Shown one piece after another: positions 48,681 to 58,804 of a DNA stretch of 64,000 nucleotides (its first letter is position 1; each line of letters begins with the position of its first letter). The position numbers were made by a program, and so were the translations under genes. Below the pieces are notes generated by a model that saw only the letters and a list, made by a program, of their open reading frames with translations, searched no databases and was not told the origin of the DNA. The DNA comes from Rhodospirillales bacterium (GTDB lineage: Bacteria > Pseudomonadota > Alphaproteobacteria > JAJFIK01), in NCBI GenBank assembly GCA_021775005.1, contig JAJFIK010000012.1, forward strand, positions 7,620-71,619. Reading direction: 5' to 3'.

Positions 48681-51086
48681 TTATTCAGCTGCATTTGAAT
48701 GAACTGCCCGTTCCGGCAGGGCAAAGGTCGCAATGGTGCCTTGTCCTTCGGTGCTATCGAGGGTGACCCAGCCGCCGTGGAGATCAATGAAGCTTTTTAC
48801 GAGCGCAAGGCCAAGTCCTGCGCGCCGACCGCCGGTGTCATCACTGGCGAAACTATCAAAGGCGCGGCGCAGAATTTCCGGCGGCAACCCCGGGCCGGTG
48901 TCTTTCACCCAGATTGTAACCTGTCCGGCTTCGCGGGTTGCGCCGAGGGTGATTTCGTCACCAGCGCGGCAATGGCGAATGGCATTGGACATCAAAGCGA
49001 ATAGAACCTGACGCAAGCGTTTTTCGTCTGCATCCACCACATCAACGGCCTCGGAAATGTCATACCGGATGGGCACGGCACTGTGCTCAGCGCGCGTTAC
49101 CGCCATGCGTGCCGCACCCTCCAACAGGCCGCGCACATTTACCTCGGACACCTCAAGCGACAAAGTACCGGCCTCAATCATGGCGAGGTCAAGAATGTCA
49201 TCGATCAAATCGCGCAATTGATTGGCGCCGCGGATCACATCGCCGACGTATTCATTTTGCTTCTCATTGAGGTCGCCAGCAATGCCGGTTTGCAGGAATT
49301 CTGAAAAGCCCAATATGGAGTTCAAAGGATTTCGCAATTGGTAGGAGACGTTTTCGATAAATGCAGATTTCAGTCGGTCAGCCGTTTCCAGCGCTTCGTT
49401 GCGTTCGCGAAGGGCGCGTCGAACTTTGTCCTGCGCTGTTTGATCAAGGAACGTCACCAAGGTTTGCCCGCTGCGCAACGGTTGCACCTCAAAAAGCAGC
49501 AACGAGCCATCGATCAGGCGCATCTCGCCCCTGTGATCGGTGCGCGCGTCTTCTCCGCCGGTCACCCGCGCGCGTATGGTGCGCCATATTGGCTCCTGGT
49601 CAAACAGGTCTTTGCAGAGGGTAATAACCTCGTTGATGTGAAGCGGGGTTGAGAGTTGATCAGGCTCCAGCCGCCATAGAGTTTCAAACGACATGTTGTG
49701 AAGGGCGAGGCGACCATCGGTGCCGAACACGGCCACGCCTTCGTCCAGGTGATCCAATGTTTTGCGCTGCACCTCCGCCAACGTGTTGACCTGGCTCTCA
49801 AGGGCGTAGCGCTCGCTCACATCTTCATAAAGGAAGATCATGCCGCCTTGCGGGTGAGGCCGGGCGAGAATACGCACGGAACGCCCGTCCGGCAGGTGCC
49901 AGGTATCGGTTTTGATGTCCGTCAATGTTGTGTAAAGCGAAAGGCGTTGATCTTTCCAGCCGCGGAAGTCTCGTTGTTCGGGTAAGCGGCGCGCTTCGCG
50001 AAGCCGGTCAAGAATTTCCCCGTGGGGCGGGTGAGTACCAAGCCATTCGCGATCAAGATCCCATAGGCGGGCAAAGGCGCGATTGAAATATTGCAGCGTG
50101 CGCGCCTCATCAAAGATAGCAACGGCAGAGGTGAGGTGTTCTAATGTACTGTGATGGGCCTCGACCTTGCTGCGCAACTTTTGGTCAAGATTGTCTGCTT
50201 CGCTTTGGTCGATAGCAATGCCGCCGGAGCCATCGGGAAGGGGGAATTCCATCACGTCCATGGCACGGCGATCCCCGGCAGCAACGACATAGCGCCGGTC
50301 TTGCGTGGTCTCACCGTTTGTGATCTGCGCTAAACGCTCCTTTACACCGTCCGCCAGTTCCACCTGATCGTCGATGGCGTTTTCCAGGCTGGATGCATCC
50401 ACCGCATGGGCATAGGCACTGTTGAGCCAGGTGAGTTTACCTGATCGGTCGCGAAGCCATGCTGGCTGTGGCAGGCATTGCAGCAGATCGGCCAATTGGC
50501 GGCGCTCCACTTCGGTACCCTCAAGCAACGCTGTCAAGCGTTTCACCTCGCGTAAAGCGCCAGAGACATCGCGGATCCGCACCACAGCACGAGGGCCAAC
50601 GGTTTCGCCAATAACCTCAAACTCACCCTTGTCTTTGCGCGTAAGCACAAGGGAAAAGGGCGTCCCGCGGGCGCGCAGATCATCCAGTGCTACGGCAAAG
50701 CTGCTCAGGTCTTCGTTTCTGATGCGCATAAGTAGCGTGCGAAACTGCTCCGCTGGTGTGCGCTCTGCCTTGCCGAGCAATGCTTCAAAATCTCCCATGA
50801 CCCAATTGGGCGCCATGGGCACGATCCCCTTTGGTAGATAGGCGGTGGGTACGGGGAGGGATGGGGCCGCATGGCTAACCTCGCCCCACACCAGCACCAG
50901 GCCGGGGTCGGACGACAGCACCGCATCGGCGTGGTCGAGCTTGGCTTCTGAGTCTTTGAGTTTGGCTTTAAGGGATGTCTGAACCCGCCGCGCCTCAGCA
51001 TTAGAGGCAGCTGCCCAGAAGGCGCAGGCCAGCGCCAGGCTGACCGCCCCCATAATCGGCACGAGACTCAGTATCTCTCCACCCAC
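48681..51086 (-). CDS. divL: DivL-like PAS-domain pseudo-histidine kinase
   Basis: N-terminal TM, several PAS domains, H-box 'NVSYQLRNPL' with Tyr in place of His, HATPase 'GLGLALV'; position between ahcY and tsaE. Confidence 0.85.
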   Translation of the reverse strand: MGGEILSLVPIMGAVSLALACAFWAAASNAEARRVQTSLKAKLKDSEAKLDHADAVLSSDPGLVLVWGEVSHAAPSLPVPTAYLPKGIVPMAPNWVMGDFEALLGKAERTPAEQFRTLLMRIRNEDLSSFAVALDDLRARGTPFSLVLTRKDKGEFEVIGETVGPRAVVRIRDVSGALREVKRLTALLEGTEVERRQLADLLQCLPQPAWLRDRSGKLTWLNSAYAHAVDASSLENAIDDQVELADGVKERLAQITNGETTQDRRYVVAAGDRRAMDVMEFPLPDGSGGIAIDQSEADNLDQKLRSKVEAHHSTLEHLTSAVAIFDEARTLQYFNRAFARLWDLDREWLGTHPPHGEILDRLREARRLPEQRDFRGWKDQRLSLYTTLTDIKTDTWHLPDGRSVRILARPHPQGGMIFLYEDVSERYALESQVNTLAEVQRKTLDHLDEGVAVFGTDGRLALHNMSFETLWRLEPDQLSTPLHINEVITLCKDLFDQEPIWRTIRARVTGGEDARTDHRGEMRLIDGSLLLFEVQPLRSGQTLVTFLDQTAQDKVRRALRERNEALETADRLKSAFIENVSYQLRNPLNSILGFSEFLQTGIAGDLNEKQNEYVGDVIRGANQLRDLIDDILDLAMIEAGTLSLEVSEVNVRGLLEGAARMAVTRAEHSAVPIRYDISEAVDVVDADEKRLRQVLFALMSNAIRHCRAGDEITLGATREAGQVTIWVKDTGPGLPPEILRRAFDSFASDDTGGRRAGLGLALVKSFIDLHGGWVTLDSTEGQGTIATFALPERAVHSNAAE

Positions 51087-51306
51087 CTCAAAAGGGCCCC
51101 CGGGTACTCTACGTCGCTCTCACCTTGAGCGAATCACTTGAATACAAATGATTTGACTCCCGCGAGACTCAGGCAGCAAGGAAAATTCGTACTTTGTTAA
51201 CCATTAAGGCAGGGGTGAGAGTCCGTACACAGACTCTCATGCCGCGAAGTGTTGCAATTCGGACTCAGCGAAACGGTCTGGGATTGAGGTGTCGCGTGGG
51301 CGGCGC

Positions 51307-51339
51307 AAAAAATGGCCTCGCCCGATGAGGGCGAGGCCA
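51307..51339 (-). terminator. Intrinsic terminator after ahcY
   Basis: 11-bp stem TGGCCTCGCCC/GGGCGAGGCCA with a T6 tail on the minus strand. Confidence 0.8.
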
Positions 51340-51367
51340 GAAAGGAGCGTGTGAGTCGCGCCGCTGA

Positions 51368-52762
51368 TTAGTAGCGGTAGTGGTCAGTTTTGAACGGCCC
51401 GGTTTTGGGAACGCCGATATATGCAGACTGCTCATCAGTGAGTGTGGTCAGCTTCGCGCCCAGTTTGGCGAGATGAAGCTCGGCCACCTTCTCATCAAGA
51501 TGCTTAGGCAGCACATAAACCTCGTTCTTGTACTTGTCGCCATGGACCCAAAGTTCGATCTGCGCCAGCACCTGATTGGTGAAACTGGCTGACATCACAA
51601 ACGAAGGGTGCCCCGTAGCGTTGCCAAGATTGACGAGACGCCCTTCGCTGAGAAGGATCATGCGCTTGCCGTCAGGAAATTCGATCAAATCCACTTGGGG
51701 CTTCACGTTGGTCCATTTGAAATTCCTGAGGCCCTCAACCTGAATCTCATTGTCAAAGTGGCCGATGTTACAAACGATGGCCATGTCTTTCACTTTGCGC
51801 ATATGGTCAACGGTCAGGATGTCTTTGTTACCGGTCGCGGTGACGATGATGTCGGCGCGGTGGATGTCTTCGTCCATGGTCACGACTTCAAAGCCGTCCA
51901 TGGCCGCTTGCAGGGCGCAGATGGGATCGATTTCTGTGACCATCACGCGCGCGCCGCCGCCTTTGAGCGATTGCGCGGAGCCTTTGCCCACATCGCCGTA
52001 ACCGGCAACAAGAGCGATTTTACCGGCCATCATCACATCGGTGCCGCGGCGAATGCCGTCTATCAGCGATTCCTTGCAGCCATATTTATTGTCGAACTTT
52101 GACTTGGTAACGCTGTCATTCACGTTGATCGCAGGAAAAGGCAGGGTGCCATTCTTTTGACGATCGTAAAGCCGCAACACACCAGTGGTGGTTTCCTCGG
52201 AAACACCTTTAATGCTGGCTTTGACGCGTGAGTAATAGCCGGGGTCTTTTGCAATGCGCGCCTTGATGACCTTGAAGAGCTCCTCCTCTTCCTCATTGGA
52301 AGGTTTGGCGATGACGGAAGAATCTTTTTCTGCATCGGCACCAAGAAGGATCAACATGGTGGCGTCGCCGCCATCGTCGAGGATCATGTTGGCCACTTCG
52401 CCATTGGGCCATTCAAAAATCTTGTCGGCGAATTCCCAATATTCCTGCAGCGTTTCACCCTTGTGCGCGAACACAGGAACACCAGTGGCGGCAATAGCAG
52501 CGGCAGCATGGTCTTGGGTCGAGTAAATATTGCACGACGCCCATCGCACTTCAGCGCCCAGCGCAGTAAGGGTTTCGATCAGCGCAGCGGTTTGGATCGT
52601 CATGTGCAACGACCCTGCAATGCGCGCGCCCTTGAGGGGTTGGCTGGGGCCATATTCTTCGCGCGTGGCCATCAGGCCCGGCATTTCGGTTTCAGCAATG
52701 TCGAGTTCGGTGCGGCCCCATTGGGCCAGGCCAATATCTTTCACGGCATAGTCGGCGGTCAT
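51368..52762 (-). CDS. ahcY: Adenosylhomocysteinase
   Basis: 'GSLHMTIQT', '[13 protein letters not shown]', 'EETTTGV', '[10 protein letters not shown]', 'GYGDVGKG', 'GHPSFVMS'. Confidence 0.98.
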   Translation of the reverse strand: MTADYAVKDIGLAQWGRTELDIAETEMPGLMATREEYGPSQPLKGARIAGSLHMTIQTAALIETLTALGAEVRWASCNIYSTQDHAAAAIAATGVPVFAHKGETLQEYWEFADKIFEWPNGEVANMILDDGGDATMLILLGADAEKDSSVIAKPSNEEEEELFKVIKARIAKDPGYYSRVKASIKGVSEETTTGVLRLYDRQKNGTLPFPAINVNDSVTKSKFDNKYGCKESLIDGIRRGTDVMMAGKIALVAGYGDVGKGSAQSLKGGGARVMVTEIDPICALQAAMDGFEVVTMDEDIHRADIIVTATGNKDILTVDHMRKVKDMAIVCNIGHFDNEIQVEGLRNFKWTNVKPQVDLIEFPDGKRMILLSEGRLVNLGNATGHPSFVMSASFTNQVLAQIELWVHGDKYKNEVYVLPKHLDEKVAELHLAKLGAKLTTLTDEQSAYIGVPKTGPFKTDHYRY

Positions 52763-52856
52763 AATTGCTCCGTCAGGGATTTTTTGCTGGGGGCGGCATC
52801 GTGTGGAGCCCCGGAACACGGGCGGTCCTATAGCAAGCCTGCCGGACCATGTCCAG

Positions 52857-52884
52857 AAGCATATAAAGAAATCTTTATATGCTT
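52857..52884. promoter_or_regulatory. SahR-like operator upstream of ahcY
   Basis: Perfect 13-2-13 inverted repeat AAGCATATAAAGA-AA-TCTTTATATGCTT; core ATAAAG-N4-CTTTAT resembles the recalled SahR motif. Confidence 0.75.
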
Positions 52885-53170
52885 ATTTGGTGTCGGTTTC
52901 ACCGAAGCCTGAAGCCAATAAGGCATCCAAAGCGGCCAAGGCGTCCAACGCCTCCGGCCCCGTGGCAGCGACCTCCAGGGCGGATCCGGGCCCCGCCCCC
53001 AGCATCAAAAGCCCCATGATGGAGGTGCCGGGCACGGTCTCGCCGTCTTTTGTGACCGCAATAACGGCGTCGAAGCGACCAGCGCATGCCACAAATTTGG
53101 CAGCAGGGCGGGCGTGAAGTCCCTTTTCGTTTTGGATGACTAGCGTTCGGCGAAGGGCTTTGCCGCTCAT
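52883..53170 (-). CDS. HPr/NPr phosphocarrier
   Basis: 'NEKGLHARPAAKFV', 'SIMGLLML'. Confidence 0.95.
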   Translation of the reverse strand: MSGKALRRTLVIQNEKGLHARPAAKFVACAGRFDAVIAVTKDGETVPGTSIMGLLMLGAGPGSALEVAATGPEALDALAALDALLASGFGETDTK

Positions 53171-53562
53171 TCGATCTCGTCGCCTGCAGAAACGATGTAT
53201 TTCCTGCCGGCTTCTTTAGCTTCCCGCACAGCCCGCTCCATATCGCCGGATTTTCGCACATCAGCGAGCTTGATCAGCATGGGCACATTGACACCCGCCA
53301 CGACCCGTGAGGGGCCGCCATTGGCGGCGGAAAGCGCGGCATTCGAAGGGCTGGAGCCGATCACATCAGTAAGGACAATGGCCCCGGTGCCGCTATCCAC
53401 TTGCGCCACGGCTTCTCGAATATGATCGCTACTGAGGGCCGGACTGTCATCGGGATCAACGCACACAGTCGCCACTTGAGCCTGCGGGCCACATACATGT
53501 TCCGCAGCTTTCAGTAGCTCTAGGGCAAGCCCGCCGTGGGTGACCACGACCAGGCCGATCAT
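53167..53562 (-). CDS. PTS EIIA mannose-type component (ManX-like)
   Basis: 'MIGLVVVTHG.LA', 'LTDV.GSSPSN', 'GVNVPMLIK'. Confidence 0.92.
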   Translation of the reverse strand: MIGLVVVTHGGLALELLKAAEHVCGPQAQVATVCVDPDDSPALSSDHIREAVAQVDSGTGAIVLTDVIGSSPSNAALSAANGGPSRVVAGVNVPMLIKLADVRKSGDMERAVREAKEAGRKYIVSAGDEIE

Positions 53563-53745
53563 TTCGTCATCCGTCCAAATCCCGTAGGACCGCCGCATAC
53601 GGCGTCCCAGCACCCCCGCCAGGTGCGAACTGACATTCTTTCACCAGCTTTTTGCCCACTACAAGTAAAATCGGTGCAGGCGGGCTCACCAGTGCCATAA
53701 GGATTGGGTGTGATTCTTACCTAATGCTTTATCTTGAGCCGTTCT

Positions 53746-54180
53746 CTAACGTATTTGCTGCGTGAGCGCTGCAAGCGTCAGGCGGATCTTATCCGGGGCC
53801 GAGACCTCAAAGGGGGCAAGGGCAAAGCGGCGGATGCGGCCGACAGGCCCCAACTCAGCCCATTCTTCCTCAGGCAATCGCGGCACTTCGCTGGGTGCTA
53901 CCAAATCAAAAACGGCGATCAGGGGGGCTTGTGGCAGGCACTCCACATCAAGAATGCCAACGCCGCGCATTTCCAGCTTGCCTGCGAGGCGTGGATCGCC
54001 GCGTACCAAGGGGGGCGTCCCGGACGTAATCCAAACCTGATCATCACCGATCAGGCTTGCGCCCCGCTCAATCAACCGTAAAGCAAGGTCGGATTTCCCC
54101 GCGCCGGGCGCGCCGCGCAACAGGGCTGCCAGACCATCGCAGGCAACTGCCGTGCCGTGCACGCGAACGGCGTCGGTCAT
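53746..54180 (-). CDS. hprK: HPr kinase/phosphorylase (short alphaproteobacterial form)
   Basis: 'VHGTAV...LLRGAPGAGKSDLALRLI', 'LIGDDQV', 'LEMRGVGI'. Confidence 0.9.
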   Translation of the reverse strand: MTDAVRVHGTAVACDGLAALLRGAPGAGKSDLALRLIERGASLIGDDQVWITSGTPPLVRGDPRLAGKLEMRGVGILDVECLPQAPLIAVFDLVAPSEVPRLPEEEWAELGPVGRIRRFALAPFEVSAPDKIRLTLAALTQQIR

Positions 54181-55943
54181 GACGTCTGAATCGCCGGTAA
54201 CGTCACCACAAACCGTGCCCCGATGATGCTGCCATCGCCGTCGCGGCGATTTTCCGCCCAAATCTCACCATTGTGGGCGCTCACGATTTGGCGAGAGATT
54301 GAGAGCCCCAAGCCGGAGTTCTTACCAAAGCTCTCAACACCGGGGCGTTCGGTATAAAAGCGGTCAAAGATGCGGGTCAGGCTCTCCTCAGGGATGCCGG
54401 GCCCTGAATCGTCAACGGTCAATATGATGTAGTCGCGCCCGGCACGGCGATCAATTTTCGCGGCCAGCACGACCTCGCCTTGATCCGGACAAAATGAAAT
54501 TGCATTGGCGAGCAGGTTTTGCATAACTTGCCCGAGACGGGATTCAATGCCGTGCACAGCGAGAGAGTTTTCGGGCAGCGCCCCCACATTGATCTCCGCA
54601 CGCACGCTGACATTGCGCTCGTGCGATAAGTCCAGGTGAATCCGCGCCAAGCCGCGCAGGAGCGGGGCAAGATGTACAACCTCTGCAGACTCCCGGGTCA
54701 GTTCTGCATCAAGGCGCGACGCATCTGAAATATCCGTGATGAGCCGATCGAGCCGGCCGACATCGTCTTTGATGATTGCGAGCAAGCGCGCCTTGGCGGT
54801 TTCGTCTTTGGCAAAATCCAGGGTTTCCACTGCCGACCGAAGCGACGTTAGCGGGTTCTTGATCTCGTGGCTGACGTCGGCAGCAAAACTCTCAATGGCA
54901 TCAATGCGATTATAGAGCGCGCTGGTCATATCTTTCAGCGACCGCGCCAGCTCACCAATTTCATCTCGGCGGTCAGGCCAATCAGGCAGACGCGGCATGT
55001 TGGTGCCGCTCCCCGCGCTGCCCGCTTGGCGCACACGGTCGGCATCTTGTGCCAGCCTGCGGATGGGGCCCACAACGGTCATGGCATAGCCTACAGAAAT
55101 GGCGGTAAAAGCGAAAATCGCAAACAGAAAAATACGGCCCAATACATTCCGTTCCTCGCGGATTGCCGCTTTAATGTCATCGCCTTCAGCCGATAGCAGC
55201 AGGGCCCCCAAATAGGCGCGGAAGCGTTGTACCGGCGTGGCAACGGAGATCACCACATCCCCTTGATCATCAATGCGCACGGCGTGAAGCTGGTCCAGGC
55301 TTTCCGTTCCTGTAAGGGCCGCGTCTACTTCACGATAGTGAACGTTTGGGCCTTCCTGATAGCGCTCTGCGTCGCGGGGAACGACCCCGAGGACCCAATC
55401 AAGCCCCCCCGAAACGCGCTGAAAAAACGCCTCAAATCCAGAGGGCGGGTCGATAATGCGCATTTCCACGGTGCCGCTAGTCTCCAACATGCGGCTGTCG
55501 GCGATTAAGACGCCATCTGTACCGTAAAGACGCGCACGATATCCGGTCGGCAGCACAAGGCGGCGCAAAACCCGGTTGGCGGCATCGATGTCGATATTTT
55601 GCTCAGCGGCACCCGCGGGGGCATCCACCGCCCCATCCACAATGGCACCGGCAATGATGCGGCTATGAATTTCCAGCGCCCGGGCGCGTTCGTCGATGAG
55701 CCCCGTGGGCGAGCCTCCAAACCAAATGATCATGATGCCAAGTAGGGCCAGTCCGGCGAGATTCACCAGCGCTAAACGGACCGCCAGGCGATCGGTCAGC
55801 CGGGCACCTTTGGAGCGGTCAGGTAAAAGGGCATCAGCTGCCCGGCGGCGTGCAGCGGCGATCTGGCGCCAGAAAGACGTCATGCGTGCAGAATCCGGGG
55901 GCAAATTCGTTTGTTCGCCATGTTGCGCGTCTTCCGACGCCAT
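54177..55943 (-). CDS. chvG: Sensor histidine kinase ChvG/ExoS
   Basis: Two TMs, 'RARLY...L.ADS', HAMP 'RRDEIG.L', H-box 'ADVSHEIKNPL', 'RFYTERP...FGKNSGLGL'. Confidence 0.92.
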   Translation of the reverse strand: MASEDAQHGEQTNLPPDSARMTSFWRQIAAARRRAADALLPDRSKGARLTDRLAVRLALVNLAGLALLGIMIIWFGGSPTGLIDERARALEIHSRIIAGAIVDGAVDAPAGAAEQNIDIDAANRVLRRLVLPTGYRARLYGTDGVLIADSRMLETSGTVEMRIIDPPSGFEAFFQRVSGGLDWVLGVVPRDAERYQEGPNVHYREVDAALTGTESLDQLHAVRIDDQGDVVISVATPVQRFRAYLGALLLSAEGDDIKAAIREERNVLGRIFLFAIFAFTAISVGYAMTVVGPIRRLAQDADRVRQAGSAGSGTNMPRLPDWPDRRDEIGELARSLKDMTSALYNRIDAIESFAADVSHEIKNPLTSLRSAVETLDFAKDETAKARLLAIIKDDVGRLDRLITDISDASRLDAELTRESAEVVHLAPLLRGLARIHLDLSHERNVSVRAEINVGALPENSLAVHGIESRLGQVMQNLLANAISFCPDQGEVVLAAKIDRRAGRDYIILTVDDSGPGIPEESLTRIFDRFYTERPGVESFGKNSGLGLSISRQIVSAHNGEIWAENRRDGDGSIIGARFVVTLPAIQTS

Positions 55944-55977
55944 ACCGCCCCCTTACTTGCTCAGTTGATCTGTATTG

Positions 55978-56688
55978 CTAAGCCGCTGAGCCTTCATCGC
56001 GGAACCGATATCCCACACCATAAAGCGTTTCGATGGCAGCGAATTCTTTGTCGGTCAGTTTGAATTTGCGCCGCAGCCGTTTGATGTGACTGTCGATGGT
56101 CCGATCATCCACATAGACCTGATCATCATAAGCCGCATCCATAAGGTTATCACGACTTTTGACGAAGCCTGGTCGTTGCGCCAAGGCTTGAAGGATCAAA
56201 AATTCCGTCACCGTCAGGGTGACATCCTGGCCATCCCACTTACAGGAATGGCGCAAAGGATCCATGGTTAGTCGCCCGCGCTCCATAATATGGTTTTCTT
56301 CGCCATCAGGAATGTTGCCTGCGTCGGCAGAAACCCTGCGCAGCACAGCGCGAACCCGCGCCAGCAGCAGTCGTTGGGAAAATGGCTTCTTGATGTAATC
56401 GTCTGCCCCAAGCTCAAGACCCAGCTGCTCGTCAGCTTCTTCGTCTTTCGAGGTCAGAAAGATCACCGGCACATCTGTCTTTTGCCGCAGGCGGCGCAAT
56501 AGCTCCATGCCGTCCATGCGCGGCATCTTGATATCCAATATGGCCAAGTCAGGGCTGGTGGCGGCGAACGCAGCCAAGGCCGAGGCCCCTTCGGTGAAGG
56601 TTTTGACGTTATAGCCTTCGGATTCCAAAGCCATGCTGACTGAAGTGAGAATATTTCGGTCGTCATCAACCAGCGCGATTGTTGCCAT
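55978..56688 (-). CDS. chvI: Response regulator ChvI
   Basis: '[14 protein letters not shown]', 'DIKMPRMDG', '[18 protein letters not shown]', '[13 protein letters not shown]'. Confidence 0.95.
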   Translation of the reverse strand: MATIALVDDDRNILTSVSMALESEGYNVKTFTEGASALAAFAATSPDLAILDIKMPRMDGMELLRRLRQKTDVPVIFLTSKDEEADEQLGLELGADDYIKKPFSQRLLLARVRAVLRRVSADAGNIPDGEENHIMERGRLTMDPLRHSCKWDGQDVTLTVTEFLILQALAQRPGFVKSRDNLMDAAYDDQVYVDDRTIDSHIKRLRRKFKLTDKEFAAIETLYGVGYRFRDEGSAA

Positions 56689-57077
56689 TGCGGTGCCCTA
56701 CCTCAGCCCATCATAAATTGCCTGCTCGCGGTCCTTCGCGAATCTCAGGCGCGCGGCCACGATAGACCAAAGATTTCAGCCGTTCCATGGCCCATAAGGG
56801 GCGGGATTGGGGCAAAACATGGTTGAGATTGGCAGCGGGGGGCCGACAGTGGGGTGCCCTCGGCAAACATCTTGTGCTCGGGGGCCCTTTTGCCTATGAG
56901 GGGAGCCACTGGTGGGTAGCGCTTGCCGCAAACATAAAGCGGCATATCTGGCCTCTCAAAGGGCTGGGAACCAAGCCGTGACGCGAGCGCAAATTTCCCC
57001 GATCGGAATGACCAATGGCGGCCAAAGCCTGGCTGCCGCGCGCGGCGTTTGTGCTGCGGACCATAAGGAGAGTAACG

Positions 57078-58679
57078 GTGAACGAAACCGGACCTGTGAT
57101 CAGCAAACACGGACTCGACAAGCTCGGCTTCCGCAAACTAAAGGCAGCCCATTGGAACCATTGCGCCCCGGTGATTTACCAAACCGCCATTGAACGCGGC
57201 GAAGGCAAAGTCGCCAGCGACGGCCCGCTTGTAGTTCGCACGGGGCAGCACACCGGTCGCTCCGCGCAAGACAAATTCATTGTGCGTGAGCCGTCTAGTG
57301 AAGCTCACATTTGGTGGGAAAATTCCAAAGACATCTCTGAAGCGCAATTTGATGCGCTCTATGAAGACATGATGTCATTTGCAGAAGGCAAAGAGCTTTT
57401 TGTGCAAGACCTATATGGCGGCGCGGACAAAACCCATCGCTTGCCCGTGCGGATCGTAACGCAACTTGCGTGGCATTCATTGTTCATTCGCCACTTGTTG
57501 CGTCGGCCGCCCCAGGAAGACCTTGCTGATTTCTATCCGGAATTTGCCATTATCAATCTGCCGGAATTCAGCGCCAATCCGGAGCGCCATGGCTGTAAAT
57601 CTGAAACCGTCATCGCGGTAAATTTTGCCAAACGTATGGTGCTCATTGGCGGCACGTCCTATGCGGGCGAAACCAAGAAGTCAGTGTTCTCGATCCTCAA
57701 CTATCTGTTGCCCGCCAAAAAAGTCATGCCCATGCATTGCTCGGTCAATGTAGGCGACAAGGGCGACGCGGCGATCTTCTTTGGCCTGTCGGGTACGGGC
57801 AAGACGACGCTTTCCGCCGATCCCCATCGCACGCTCATTGGCGATGATGAGCATGGCTGGAGTGAAAACGGCCTCTTCAATTTTGAAGGCGGCTGCTACG
57901 CCAAGATGATCAACCTGTCGGCGGAGGCCGAGCCGGAAATTTTTGCCACCACCAAGCGTTTCGGCACCGTGCTTGAAAACGTCGTGATGGACGAAGCAAC
58001 GCGCGAGCTTGATCTTGACGATGGCTCGCTGACGGAAAACACCCGCGGCGCCTATCCCCTCGACTTTATTCCCAACGCCAGCGAAACCGGTATTGCGCCG
58101 CAACCCAAAAACATCATCATGCTCACCTGTGATGCCTTCGGCGTGTTGCCTCCCATTGCGCGGATGACCCCAAGCCAGGCCATGTATCACTTCTTGTCGG
58201 GCTATACGGCAAAAGTGGCAGGCACCGAAAAAGGCGTCACTGAACCCACCGCCACGTTCTCCACCTGCTTTGGTGCCCCCTTCATGCCGCGGCACCCAAC
58301 TGAGTACGGCAACCTGCTCCGGGATCTCATTGCTGAGCATAATGTGGACTGCTGGCTTGTGAACACGGGCTGGACCGGCGGTGCCTATGGTACCGGCAAT
58401 CGCATGCCCATTAAGGCGACGCGTGCGCTTCTGTCAGCGGCCCTTGACGGCTCGCTTTCCACTGCGCCCATGCGCGTTGATCCGCACTTTGGCTTTGAAG
58501 TGCCCACAGCCGTGCCCGGTGTTGACCCTAGTATTCTTGATCCGCGCAGTACCTGGGCCGACAAAGACGCCTTTGACGCCCAAGCGCAAAAACTGGTGGG
58601 GATGTTCATTGCGAACTTTGCCAAGTACGAGGCCCATGTAGGCGACGACGTGAAAGCAGCAGCCCCCGGCGCAGCGTAA
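57078..58679 (+). CDS. pckA: Phosphoenolpyruvate carboxykinase (ATP)
   Basis: '[11 protein letters not shown]', 'LIGDDEHGW', 'NFEGGCYAK', 'NTGWTGG'; GTG start after AAGGAG; divergent from chvI. Confidence 0.97.
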   Translation: MNETGPVISKHGLDKLGFRKLKAAHWNHCAPVIYQTAIERGEGKVASDGPLVVRTGQHTGRSAQDKFIVREPSSEAHIWWENSKDISEAQFDALYEDMMSFAEGKELFVQDLYGGADKTHRLPVRIVTQLAWHSLFIRHLLRRPPQEDLADFYPEFAIINLPEFSANPERHGCKSETVIAVNFAKRMVLIGGTSYAGETKKSVFSILNYLLPAKKVMPMHCSVNVGDKGDAAIFFGLSGTGKTTLSADPHRTLIGDDEHGWSENGLFNFEGGCYAKMINLSAEAEPEIFATTKRFGTVLENVVMDEATRELDLDDGSLTENTRGAYPLDFIPNASETGIAPQPKNIIMLTCDAFGVLPPIARMTPSQAMYHFLSGYTAKVAGTEKGVTEPTATFSTCFGAPFMPRHPTEYGNLLRDLIAEHNVDCWLVNTGWTGGAYGTGNRMPIKATRALLSAALDGSLSTAPMRVDPHFGFEVPTAVPGVDPSILDPRSTWADKDAFDAQAQKLVGMFIANFAKYEAHVGDDVKAAAPGAA

Positions 58680-58689
58680 CTCAATAAAT

Positions 58690-58786
58690 GTCATTCCGGG
58701 GCGGGCGTCGCCCGAGCCCGGAATCTCAATGTGCAGCCAGAGAAGATTAGATCCCGGACAATCGCAATGGCGATTTCCGGGATGAC
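58690..58786. repeat. REP-like bipartite palindromic element (GTCATTCCGG...CCGGGATGAC) between convergent pckA and polA
   Basis: Terminal IR GTCATTCCGG/CCGGGATGAC; internal hairpins ATTCCGGG..CCCGGAAT and ATCCCGGA..TCCGGGAT. Confidence 0.7.
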
Positions 58787-58804
58787 TGTGTGGGGTTTGG
58801 CAAG

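Noticed and set aside
53563-53745. No rapZ between hprK and EIIA-Man
   Set aside because: Absence is common in several alphaproteobacterial lineages and no remnant is visible.
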